Shown: piece after piece, positions 12,760 through 24,406 of the stretch
Position numbering within the stretch: the stretch's first letter is position 1
Layout: every line of letters begins with the position of its first letter
DNA from: Cetorhinus maximus
Lineage: Eukaryota
Length of the DNA: 64,000 nt
Direction: 5' to 3'
Assembly: GCF_964194155.1 (NCBI RefSeq)
Contig: NC_135887.1
Location: forward strand, 80,166,001 to 80,230,000
The notes under the pieces: model-generated
What the model was told of the DNA's origin: nothing
The model's input: only the letters and a program-made list of their open reading frames with translations
The model's database searches: none
Made by a program: the position numbers and the translations under genes

Positions 12760-13837
12760 CTGAAAAAAAAACGAAAAAAGTTAAAAAAAACCAAGATCTT
12801 TATTTCCATTGTCACATGACTCAGTGAATTTATTTTATTCTTTCACGGGATGTGGGCATGGTTGGCTAGGCCAGCATTTATTGCCCATCCCCAATATAAG
12901 AAAGACAAGCCAAAAAAAAAATCCTTTGATCAAAAGATGTCTGAACATTGTGACAAAGCCACCAGAAGTTGCCAATCAGGTTAGCAGACCCTTTACTGAG
13001 CCAGCTGACATGTTGCAGTGGCCTCTGTTACCACTGATGTCAAACGCCCTGACATCTCTCACAAGGGGCCATTCTTAAATGCCACCAATTCTTATCTGTA
13101 ATGCTGGGTGCATCACATGTTGCTTTACAATACAGTACATAGTGTAAATGGGCACATTAGTTGAATGTAGCCAATTTGCTTCTTGAATGTTAACAGAATC
13201 AGAATCACAGTGCAGAAGAGGCCCTTCGGCCCATCAAGTTTGCACCACCAACACGTGAGAAACACCTGACCTACCTACCTAATCCTATTTACCAATACTT
13301 GGCCCATAGCCTTGAAACTCTTTCGAGTTATCAACAGTCACAGATTGCAACTCTTTCGAGTACAATCACAGTTCTTGGTTTTCCGGGAGTGGGACATGAA
13401 CTCACAACCCTCTGATTCAAAGGCGAGGGTGCTATGAACTGAGCCACAGCTGACACCTCCCCATAGCCTTGAATGTTAACAGAATCACAGTGCCTCTAAT
13501 GACACACATGCTGATATTTAGAGATAATTAACAGGTTGTGGCCACAAACCAGTAAACCCACACCTGACATACAAATGTACCAGGATAAATAAGTCATTGC
13601 AACATTCAAGTGCCTGAATCAAGAACCAAATGAAAACAAGGCAATACACTGCACCGTACTCCAAAATAGTGTGTTCACAAAGTGCATGTAAATCAATAAC
13701 ATTTGGTGCACACCCTTAACAGTTCTCTCACTGCTGTCAGGCTGCAAGTTAACTAGTGCATTAAATTCCATTGTACATCTTTTCACTCCCCAACCCTCAA
13801 TACAAACAGAAAATAACAGGCGGCATCGAGCACTTAC

Positions 13838-13924
13838 CAGCAGCAGCTGCAGCTGGAGCAGCAGCACCTGTAGCACCAGCAGTTGCAACACCTCCAGCAG
13901 GGACACTTGCAAGTTTGGCATTGC
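13838..13924 (-). CDS. RPLP2: RPLP2 exon 4 (Ala/Gly hinge)
   Basis: (G)NAKLASVPAGGVATAGATGAAAPAAAA; 87 nt, tttAG / GTAAGT boundaries. Confidence 0.95.
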
Positions 13925-13999
13925 CTAAAGATGAGGCAATTAGTTAACACAATGGATCAGTACTTGTGAAAATTGTGAAGAATAGCTAGACTAGTAAAA

Positions 14000-14620
14000 T
14001 GTTGGTACTCAGGGGAATTGCAGGGTCTTTATACATGAATCACAAAGTTAAAATGAAGGTACAGCAAGCAATTAGGAAGCGAGTTGTATGTTTACTTTAT
14101 TTCAAGGGGGTGGGCAGTGTACAAGGGTACAAAAATCTTGAAGTTAGGTAGGGCTTTCATTAGACCCACATCTAGAGTATTGTGTACTGTTTTGGTCTCC
14201 CTGCCCATGTCCAAAAATGTCTTAGACTGGGTGCAATGAAAGTTCACTAGATTGATTCCTGGGATGAAAGCGAGAAGTTGCATATTACTAGCCTAAACTC
14301 TCTGGATAATGAGGGGAAACATTAGAGGTTTTGGCATGGTAGATACGGAGAGATCGTTTCCGCTGGTCAGTACTTCTAGACCAAGAGCCATAGTCTCGGG
14401 ACAAGGCTTTGTCCATTTAGGACAGAGATGAGGAAAATTTCTTCACTCAAAAGATCGTGACTCTTCAGAATTCTCAACCTCAGAGGGCTGTGTATGCTGA
14501 ATCGATGGATATATTCAAGAGACAGTTCGATAAATCTTTGGGCACTCCGGAAACCCTGGGTTATGTGGATAGGGTGGGAAAGTGAGTTGAGCCATCATGT
14601 TATTGAATCTTCCTATCTCT
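14000..14620 (+). mobile_element. Old CR1 3' fragment in RPLP2 intron 3
   Basis: ttagacccacatctagagtattgtgtactgttttggtctcc and gaggaaaatttcttcactcaaaag resemble CR1 ORF2 end motifs. Confidence 0.7.
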
Positions 14621-16199
14621 AATGTTTATTTTGGGCTTGACATACAAGTTCTAGGATGCCTGCTAACCCTTCAATTTTCCTAAACCTCTTTGCACATATC
14701 TGTCCCAACCCTGACATTTTCCCATGACATCATTTTTATTATAACATCACCCAGCCCTTTCAACCAATTCTCGATTTCCTTTCTCAGCACCTAATTTTGT
14801 TGTAAAGAACTTGGGTATCCCAACAGATTTCCATTTATCCTCTAGCACATCTCTGCCTCATTCAGTGATTACACATTGAAGCACATTATTCTTGCCCCAC
14901 TCCTAACAGTCCACACACTAAATTCAGAAGAACACTCACCTGATTAAAAACAGAGCACTATTTAAACCTTGGCATAGTGATAGCTCTCCTGCTTCTGAAT
15001 CAGAATCTCACCCAAGATTTGAACACAATCCAGGTTCACGTTCCAATGCGGCAATGTCTTCCGAGGAAAGATTTAACCCAGACTCCTTCCGCCCCCTCCA
15101 GTGTCTGGCCAACATTCATCTCAACACCAGCCAAAAAATTCATTATCTCATTTTCATTTGTGGGAACTTGCTGTCCAGAACTTAGCTACCATGCTTCCCT
15201 ACGTTATAGCAGTGACTAAACTTCAAAAGTACATCATTGTCTGTAAAGTGTATTGCGATACCCTGGGTTTGTGAAAGGTGTTGCATAAACACAAGTACTT
15301 TCTTATCAAAAAGATGTTAAACAATCTTTAACGACAATCAACAGCAAGTACAAGTGACATTTATGGGAAAATAAACTAGTGTGTTAGATGTTGGTCCGAA
15401 ACCCTTTAAATGGCAGTCAGCAAAAGCACTAGCAAAAACAGAGCCCCAGGAAGCAAAAACTATCACTTCACAGGCTATGAAGCATCTCCAAAGTGCTGTC
15501 ATGATTGTAATATAGGGAACACAGTGAAGTGAGGTCCAGAAACCACTAAGATATTGACCAGATACTTGGTTTTAGTGATGTTGGCTGAGAGTACTCAGAG
15601 ACCTCCCCAGTTCTTTGAATACTACCATGGGATATTTGATGCCCACCTTAAGGACAGATGTGGGCCTTGATTAACATACAAGCTGAAAAATGGCATTGCC
15701 TGTCCCTTAGTACTGCACTGAAGTTTCAGCCTAGATTGTGTCTTCAACTCTGGGGCTTGATACCACAACCTGAGTCTGAGTCAAGAATTCATCACTAAGC
15801 TAAGGCTTACAATTCTACAACTCTCACTTCAACGTTAACCGGAAGCATCCCAAACCCCATATTCAACTGCCAAAACATCTGGTTGCATACTCTCAACACA
15901 AAATCAATGAGGAAGGAACACATTTTATTCCCATCACTGAGAAACTCACCCTTGGCCATAGGATATATGCAGCTGGAGAAGGAAAAAGAAAAATGTTCCC
16001 CATGGCACAAGAGGGGAACTCTGACTATTCTAATTATTGCTCTTCACCTAGTTAAAGAGGAGAGATTTGTGAAGAGACCATTCCCTCCCTGCACTGCTAA
16101 GGGATACCTCAAAGCCAGGACACTTTCCAGTGCTATAAAATTAAGTTCGCAAAACCTTCAAGATTTATTTACTCCACACATCAAATTCTCCTTTACTGT

Positions 16200-17130
16200 A
16201 GGAAAGAACCAACCGAGAATACTACATAAGAGGCCATTTGGCCCATTATGCCATTCGGCTGCGTTGCAATTTCCCCCTCCCAGTACGTATCCAAATTCCC
16301 CTAGAAAGCTGTTACAGAATCTGCCTCCAGCAGCCTTTCAGGCAGCGCATTCCAGATCATCAATGTGTAAAATTATTTCTCATCTCTTTTTTGCCAATTA
16401 TCTTAAATCTGTATCCTCTGGTTACTGACACTGGAAATAGTTTCTTACTCTTGAACACCTCTATCAAATCTCTTCCTAACCTTCTCTCCTTTAAGGTGAG
16501 CAATCCCAGCTTCTCAAGTCTCTCTATATAACTGAAGTTCCCCATCCCTGGTACCAATCTGGTAAATCGCCTCTACATCCTTTCTAAGGCCTTGATATCC
16601 ATCCTGAACAATGCACAACAATACTCTGGACAACATTACAGATGGGGTCTAAGCAGTGATTTATGAAGGTTCGGCACAACTTCTTAATGCTTGTAATCTA
16701 CACTTTTATTTATAAAGCAACCTGATCTACTTGTCCTGCCGCCTGCAATGATTCATTAGGTAAATCCCCAGTACTCTGTTCCTGCACCCTTATTAAAATT
16801 GCACCATTTAGTTCATATTGCCCCTCATCATTATCAAAATGCATCACTTCATGCTACTCAGCATTGAATCACATGTCTATAACCATAAGTCTTCCAACAT
16901 CCTCTTCACTGTTCGTTACACTTCCAAGTTCTGGGTTATCTACAAACATTGTATGCCCAAGTCCAGGTCACATATCAAAAAGAGCAGTGGGCTTAATACA
17001 AACCACAAGGGAACACCATTGTACACTTCCCTCCAGTCTGGAAAACAACCGTTCACCTATACACTCAGCTTTCATTGCGTAGCCAATTTAGTTTCCCCCA
17101 CTGCCACTGTGTCTTTAATCCCATGCTCAT
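16200..17130 (-). mobile_element. Old CR1 3' fragment in RPLP2 intron 3
   Basis: ORF 16360-16557: MVPGMGNFSYIERLEKLGLLTLKERRLGRDLIEVFK. Confidence 0.78.
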
Positions 17131-17989
17131 GGTCCATTGTCAGATATTTTATCAAACGTTTATTAAGTTTCTTCCCACGCAAGCAACCATTCTGTCCAAG
17201 GTCCCACAATATGTCATTGCAATCCAACAGTCACCTCTCCAAATTCAAGGCCCTCTGACCAAAAGTCCTTGTGCATTATCACCAAAATCACACAGGATAT
17301 GTTATAATTGTGACCACTACTGCAATCTCTTATGCAATGAGAAGGGATCCATCTCTAAGCTAATTGTGATAACCAAGGGCTTTTAAATTAAATCTATTCC
17401 AGCTTTCAACCCATCGTCCACATCACCTTCATGTACACTAGCAACTCGACCTTGCCTCTTCTAACAATGTCAAACTCGGTGCATTGCTCCAAAATCACTT
17501 CATCTTGCTACATTGTTCTTAACCTGCAACATAACCCTTCTAGCATGCAATTAGTCCCTACACCCTGTGTTTTCCAGATTTCTGGATTTTACCTGTGCTG
17601 ACCAGCTATGTCAAGGATGCCCTCTGCTGACATATGCTTCGGAATAGGAACAGAATATTGGGGGGTGCAGGCATAGGCGAAAGTGTGTGTCTCCATCTTC
17701 TAAATGGCCGAGATGTTTATTTGCATGTAAAATGTGTTACAAATCTAAGCTGTCACGCTAACCTCAATCAAAATATCAGATAAAAGCAGTAACGGGGCCA
17801 CTAGTTTACAGTAAGAATTGTATGATTAAATGCACAATTTTCATTGTTGGTGCAGGGATCACATTTCATAGCTGTTCTTTTTTCACCATGGCAATCGTGT
17901 GCACTTAGCGAATACCTCAACACTAGACACCCAACTCAACTAGACATCCAATATTGGTGAGAATCTGCATTTCAAACAAGGTCGCTTAC

Positions 17990-18038
17990 CTGCAGTGATG
18001 ACATCATCCACATTCTTGCCTTTCAGCTCACTGATGAC
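17990..18038 (-). CDS. RPLP2: RPLP2 exon 3
   Basis: VISELKGKNVDDVITA(G); 49 nt, tttcAG / GTAAGC boundaries, frame continuous. Confidence 0.96.
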
Positions 18039-18125
18039 CTGAAATTCATTTAAAAGAGCATTACCTCCAGGGAAAGTGGGAATCCAGCCAATTTGAGAAC
18101 TCAAGTTCTGACAAAATCACAATAC

Positions 18126-18248
18126 CTTATTCAATCGTTCATCATCAGCTTCAATACCAACACTGTCAAGAATCTTCTTGATATCCTTTGAAGATGGGGC
18201 TTCATTGCCACCCAACACGGCAAGGAGGTAAGCTGCGACGTAACGCAT
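18126..18248 (-). CDS. RPLP2: 60S acidic ribosomal protein P2, coding exon 1 (exon 2)
   Basis: MRYVAAYLLAVLGGNEAPSSKDIKKILDSVGIEADDERLNK; acceptor ttttAG|aATG, donor GTATT; 123 nt. Confidence 0.97.
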
Positions 18249-20509
18249 TCTAAAAGGAAGAACCGAACTTTAGTTATATTTATAGAAAAATTATACTCTA
18301 GGATCCCTATTGTACTTACCCTTCTGCTCAAAGCTCAAATTCCTGATCTCTCTGCACTTTTCACTTCAATCTACAGTTTAGCTTTTTTTGAAAACTGATT
18401 GGCCCAAGAGAGAAAAAATTCAATTATCGCCCTTCTCCTGAAAGCACTGAGACAGTACCAGTCATTAGTTGCTGTTAGTTTTTTTTTGGTGGGGGGGGGA
18501 AGAAAAGAGGCTTACCACATTAAACATTTTTCATAAAATATATATCTAGATGGCATGAGTCCAAGGAACTCTTCCCCAGAGATTGGTGTGTGTATATGTA
18601 TATTAATATATACACATACGAGATCTGCTAATAGTGGTGATGGGTACATACCACAGTCAGTTGTCTGTATGGCAGTGCAATAATGGAAACTTTGCTAGAG
18701 TTTGCAACATTAACAGAACAGCCTTTGATCGCAGCAATACATTTCTACCTTCAGCAGCCATACTTCCCTTCTTCCCCACCAGACTGTCATCGCAGTGCTC
18801 CAGGACCTCTGCCAAAAGTGCTCTTAACCTAGTTGTTACAACCTTACAGCACCAATACCAGACACCCTCTGTTCAGCTGCTGCTGGAACAGTACAGGTAA
18901 AGCACACTTGTGGACGACAAGAGAATCTGTATTTTCTGATCCTCTGTAAGCTCACTACACAGCAATCAGCAACAAAGATTATCAAACCACGATACACAGA
19001 GCTAGTGGGATCAGTCATCATCTTCTTTTGCTGACCAGCTGTGCAGCTTCTATAATTCTTTTGTTGGCTGGTCCTCTGTTAAATCTGAATCCAGTAAGAG
19101 CCATGGCAATTTTGTTTGTAATTTCACTGGTCAGACATCTCTGATTGGACAGGATTGCCAACCAGAGAGGCACAAGATATGCCAACAACTCAGCCAGTGC
19201 CAAGACATCACATTTAGATGCCTAAGCATTGAACCCACCTCCCAGTCTGTCCTCAGGCTGTGTATCTACTCACCAACCACTAGGTAATTTTGAAGTAATT
19301 TGCTTATTAAATGGCTATCACTAAGCAGTTCATAGTTAAGGCTAGCAAATGAGGGCCCCAATCCAGTAGACCCAACAAAAACAGTTATGGCAATAAATGA
19401 GACTGCCTTCAGTGGGCAGGAGGTAAAGGAAGATCCATTAAAATTTGCAGTGGGAGAGGCACAAGAACACCCTTTAAATATAAGCTTAATAAATATTGTA
19501 ATATAGTACACGTGGATATAAAAAATCCTCCCAAAATAGGATTCTCTGGCAGTGTTTTAAAATGTATTCACTTGCTGGAAAGAGAGGCTTGCTTCCTTAC
19601 TTGCCACCCCAAACATTCATTCATAAGCAGATCGTCAAGCCACCTCTACAACCACATGCTTAATGGAACACAGGCTGTATATTAAAGCTTCTTTAAGTAG
19701 AATCCAAGAAATTGGGTGAAAAAATAATAATCGGGCCACTTTACAACAAAACATCCACAAAAACCTTCAGTTCAAATTGAAAACGTTCTTAACTCCACTT
19801 CTCAAGGCTTTCAAATTAGCAGGCAAATAAAAATGCTGAATTCATATAATGTATGCCTGGATTATATATGTGTTAGTTCAACATGTCAAAAACGCTGCCC
19901 TGTTTGCACAACTAGACGATGCATAATTATAGAATGGAGGTTGCAATCTGCTGTAATAATGAGATTCCCGAGTGGCTAGAGTGAGGGGCAGCTTCTCACT
20001 GCAGGCCTCTCTGGGCCTTGTCTGGGAGGCTTGCTGAGGATCACGGCTCAGGGGGCACAGAGCAGCTCCCAGGTAACACATGTAGCGCGAAGCCGCCCCA
20101 TGGAACAGGAGGCGCCGCCGCCAACATTCCGCAATCGAACGCGGCGACACTTTTTCCGGCTACGTAACAATCGAGGCCGTTCGAATGCACGTGGAGGCCG
20201 CGCGCGCATGGAGCTGGAGCGGGGGGGAAACCCCACTGTAAGCGCCTTCATTTGCTCCTCATCAACCGGTAACTAAAGGCAGCAAAACCCCCTCCGGAGC
20301 AAACACTCGGCAGTTTGGGTTTGATATTAGGGCCCCGAGTGCTTCCTCCTCCCCTCGAAGGCCTGTCTGCCTCGTTCTAGGCCTCAGCCTCCCTCACATC
20401 TCTATCCCTTTGAAACAGCTGAGTGTGCGGCTCCCGCAGGCCTCGGGGTGAGGGTTTACTGGTGGTTGGGGTGGGGGGATTCAGAGACCCGGGTGGGGGC
20501 TGAACTTAC

Positions 20510-20570
20510 TTGGGAAACGAGTCAAGCTCCGCTCTGCTGTTTCCTCACGCACTCGCTCGGAGCGGAAAAG
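20510..20570 (-). other. RPLP2: RPLP2 non-coding exon 1 starting at a TCT/5'TOP pyrimidine tract
   Basis: The minus strand reads ttCTTTTCCgctccgagcg...cccaa|GTAAGT (donor at 20509). Polypyrimidine initiator typical of ribosomal protein genes, in a CpG-rich region. Confidence 0.8.
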
Positions 20571-20700
20571 AACGAGCCTCGTCCTGAATCCCAGACATAA
20601 AGATGATGTGCCGGCCTCCTGCAATACCATTGGCCGTTCCCAACCAGCTCTGAGCCAATCGTACAGGCAGCTGAGTAATCCTTTACCCCATTGGCTGGAA
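20571..20700 (-). promoter_or_regulatory. RPLP2 promoter
   Basis: TATA-like TTTATG about 30 nt upstream of the TCT start, and CCAAT motifs near 20628, 20655 and 20690. CpG island continues into intron 1 (20050-20300), with an E-box CACGTG at 20188-20193. Confidence 0.6.
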
Positions 20701-21293
20701 GTTTTTGAACCGCACTTGGGTGTCTTTGCAATACTCGACAGCAGGGCAAAGCTAAGTAACATGTCCTGAACGTTTCACTGTAGGAATGGGGCTGTCAACA
20801 TCGAAAGTAAGAAACGTTCTCAAGTTTAAAATGTTGTTAGCTTTGGTATGTCTGTATGTTTATGGTTGACGGCTTAATTAATATTGAAGGATACTTTTTG
20901 GTCTTCCTGCCTCAGTACAAACAGGAAGATTAGAGAAAGGTTTAACTATGACTGACAGCAGCAACTCTTTAATACGAACTTTGAGTTTGCCAAAGGGACC
21001 AATGAACGAAGATTAATAGCACCTCCATAAGAACCCATATTCTGTTAGAACCTTTTGCTGGTGGAGGAATACAGAAGAGTTCTGTATTGTGGAATAATGG
21101 CAATGTGAAACCACAGATGACCTCCAAGCTCAGATCTAGTATAATCTTCACGTCTTGTTCCCTTTTAAATTTTTCGTGCAGGCAACATGTAGCTACTAAA
21201 CCATAAAAGCCCAACTGGCTAATTGCATCCTTTAGAGAAGAGAACTTGTTGCCCTGACCTGATCTGGCCTAAATGTGACTCCAGTCTCACAAA

Positions 21294-22672
21294 GATAAAA
21301 ACAAAAAACTACTGCGGTTGCTGGAAATCCAAAACAAAAGCAAAAACAGAATTACCTGCAAAAACTCAGCAGGTCTGGCAGCATCGGCAGAGAAGAAAAG
21401 AGTTGACGTTTCGAGTCCTCACGACCCTTCAACAGAAATGAGTAATATTAGGAGTGGGGTGAAATATAAGCTGGTTTAAGGTGGGGGGGGAGAGAAGTTG
21501 GGGGGCAGGGGGGGTGGTTGTAGGGACAAGCAAGCAGTGATAGGAGCAGATAATCAAAAGATGTCACAGATAAAGGAACAGAGGTGTTGAAGGTGGTGAT
21601 ATTATCTAAGAGAATGTGCTAATTAAGAATGGATGGCAGGACACTCAAGGCACAGCTCTAGTTGGGGTGGGGTTGAAAGACTGACAGGGCATTACAGGTA
21701 TAGATTTAAAAATAATGGAAACAGGTGGGAAAAGAAAAATCTATATAAATTATTGGAAAAATCAAAAGGGAGGGGGAAGAAACGGAAAGGGGGTGGGGAT
21801 GGACGAGGGAGTTCAAGATCTAAAGTTGTTGAATTCAATATTCAGTCCGGAAGGAGCTGAATATTGAATTCAACAACTTTAGATCTTGAACTCCCTCGTC
21901 CATCCCCACCCCCTTTCCGTTTCTTCCCCCTCCCTTTTGATTTTTCCAATAATTTATATAGATTTTTCTTTTCCCACCTGTTTCCATTATTTTGGAGCCT
22001 TCCGGACTGAATATTGAATTCAACAACTTTAGATCTTGAACTCCCTCGTCCATCCCCACCCCCTTTCCGTTTCTTCCCCCTCCCTTTTGATTTTTCCAAT
22101 AATTTATATAGATTTTTCTTTTCCCACCTGTTTCCATTATTTTGGAGCCTTCCGGACTGAATATTGAATTCAACAACTTTAGATCTTGAACTCCCTCATC
22201 CATCCCCACCCCCTTTCCGTTTCTTCCCCCTCCCTTTTGATTTTTCCAATAATTTATATAGATTTTTCTTTTCCCACCTATTTCCATTATTTTTAAATCT
22301 ATACCTGTAATGCCCTGTCAGTCTTTCAACCACACCCCCACTAGAGCTGTGCCTTGAGTGTCCTGCCATCCATTCTTAATTAGCACATTCTCTTAGATAA
22401 TATCACCACCTTCAACACCTCTTTGTTCCTTTATCTGTGACATCTTATGATTATCTGCTCCTATCACTGCTTGCTTGTCCCTACAACCAGCTCCCCCCCG
22501 CCCCCCAACGTCTCCCCCCCCACCACCTTAAACCAGCTTATATTTCACCCCTCTCCTAATATTACTCAGTTCTGTTGAAGGGTCGTGAGGACTCGAAACG
22601 TCAACTCTTTTCTTCTCCGCCGATGCTGCCAGACCTGCTGAGTTTTTCCAGGTAATTCTGTTTTTGTTTTGT
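21294..22672. mobile_element. Fold-back Penelope-like insertion, family A, with an internal 150-bp unit repeated three times
   Basis: Left arm 21294-21854 is inverted relative to the right arm. Units start at 21857, 22007 and 22157 and encode (PSG)LNIEFNNFRS*, the typical end of a Penelope GIY-YIG ORF. 14-bp TSD TCCAGTCTCACAAA at 21280-21293 and 22673-22686. Confidence 0.88.
22568..22606 (+). ncRNA. Minimal type I hammerhead-like motif, variant core CUGUUGA (mirror copy ~21401-21439 on -)
   Basis: AGTT-CTGTTGA-A-GGGTC(gtgag)GACTC-GAAAC-GTC-AACT. Confidence 0.7.
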
Positions 22673-23789
22673 TCCAGTCTCACAAATCCTGCTGGTTTCT
22701 AACTGCCCTCTGAAGCGACCAAGTAAGCCAGCTGTATAAAATTGCTATAATCGGGGCAACTAGCTATAAATGCCAGAATCACCAGCGACATACACAATCT
22801 GAAAATGAATAAAAAAATAAAAACAGACACATTTAATACAGGACCCTGCAATGAAAGCTTTTTGGTGTTATTTTATGTAGCCAGCATTCTAAGGCTTTGA
22901 AGGCTAGCTTGCCAGCAGTGTCAGGGACGCAGAACAAAACAGCACCTCACAGCACCATGCACTTCTGTTAAAGTATTGCATGTTTTACACTAGATAGTCT
23001 CTTGGCTACAACATTACTCAGTGCAAATTAAAGTAGACATCACATTCATATGATCTGGACTCTGTCTTTACTTCCCAGCATCCAGTTAAATAACAATGCG
23101 ATGCGGGTGGTGGGGGTGGGGTGGGGTGTGGTGCCATAAGTTGAATACTTGTTGCCTGTGCTGGATACTGGATTCTGCCATGTGCATCTCCCTGTCTGTA
23201 AGGAAGGTGGATTGAAAAGTAGCCTAGCAAGACAAGGCATCATAAACCATTACAAAATACATGAACAAGCAGAATAGTTTCACCAATAAGACTTATTGGT
23301 TTCCTACTAATCCTCATTCAATAAGAACAATAAAGTTGCAACTCTGCCTCTATTCTCCACTCGCTTTCAAGCTAACTGTTCATGATTTCCTCTGAAGATG
23401 CTGTCTCTTCAGAGAGTGAGAGCCAAAGAGAGTCCTCCGACCCCTGAACGTTTTGGTGGAGGCTTAGCCTGCTGATTTGACATTCAAAGTTTCCACCCAA
23501 ACAAAATGCCTTCCTTTTGATTAAGCAACTTACAGTATCTGTGTTTCTGTTTAGCAGAAGCTTTGCCAGCTTTATTAAATTACATCCATGTTACTACAAT
23601 AGTGAAAATCGTAATTGACAATTCTCATTCTGGTAAGGTCAAAGTAACATGAAGAAGTAAACAGCCTGTCAACTGGCCTACTTGGTATCACGTCCCCACC
23701 CCACAGAACCATTCTATCACCATGCCATTAACTGTCAGGGAATGTATTAAATTATTTCCTAAACAACATTCAGAATTACTATTGAAATA

Positions 23790-24406
23790 TTGCTGAAAAA
23801 AGAGACATGTCTAAGCTTTTCATCTTGCACTCATCAGGACACTTGCAAGAATACCAATATAAGGGCGAAAACAACAATTTACACTGTGTGTGAGGAGAGT
23901 GCTGATTGGTTGGCAGGTGGCGTTGCCATGGAGAATGCACCACCGATGGTAATTGACAGTTAACTGCCAAGCGTTGTTTGAAATTTAAACCAGGCAGCTT
24001 GACCCTGATTGGTCAAGACATTGCCCTGAGGAATGAGTCAGCGAATGGCTGTCGATTATTTTGTTTAATAAGATTCATTGGTTTCCTACCAATTCTCGTT
24101 CAATAAAAACAACAAATATGCAACTCTGCCACTATTCTCTTTTCACTTTCAAGCTAACTGTTCATGATTCCCTCCGAAGACGCTGTCTCTTTAGAGAGTG
24201 AGAGACAAAGAGAGTCCTCCAACCCCTCAACTTTTTGGGTGGAGGCTTAGTCTGCTGCCTTGACATTCAAAGTCCTTGGCAGTATAAATTCTTGCTTTTC
24301 CCCCTTACATTGGTATTCATGCAAGTGTCCTGATGAGTGCAAGACGAAAAGCTTAGACATGTCTCTTTTTTCAGAAATACTCAACTTCTGTACTACCAAA
24401 CGACTA
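23790..24406. mobile_element. Fold-back Penelope-like insertion, family B
   Basis: Inverted arms ~23790-24066 (-) and ~24280-24406 (+). TSD-like TATTGAAATATT (23780-23791) and TATGGAAATATT (24407-24418). The arms match those of the 44340-45125 element. Confidence 0.75.
24325..24360 (+). ncRNA. Minimal type I hammerhead ribozyme, canonical core (mirror copy 23807-23842 on -)
   Basis: GTGTC-CTGATGA-GT(gcaag)AC-GAAA-AGCT-TA-GACAT: canonical CUGAUGA and GAAA, palindromic AAGCTT stem III, NUH = UUA. Confidence 0.8.

Noticed and set aside
13619-13921. 100-aa Leu/Gln-rich ORF
   Set aside because: Alternative frame of RPLP2 exon 4 running into the intron.
15883-16428. 181-aa + strand ORF
   Set aside because: No recognisable domain; its 3' part is antisense CR1 sequence within an RPLP2 intron.
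20744-20767. p53-like site upstream of RPLP2 (GGGCAAAGCT...TAACATGTCC)
   Set aside because: Only one half-site has an intact CWWG core.
21835-22287. 150-aa ORF with three 50-aa repeats as a novel protein, or the 150-bp repeats as a CRISPR-like array
   Set aside because: It is the antisense reading of the triplicated Penelope segment. Units are near-identical with no unique spacers, and the context is eukaryotic.
23392-23440. CTGAAGA...AAA as another hammerhead
   Set aside because: No GAAA or convincing stems I and III in either copy of the duplicated segment.
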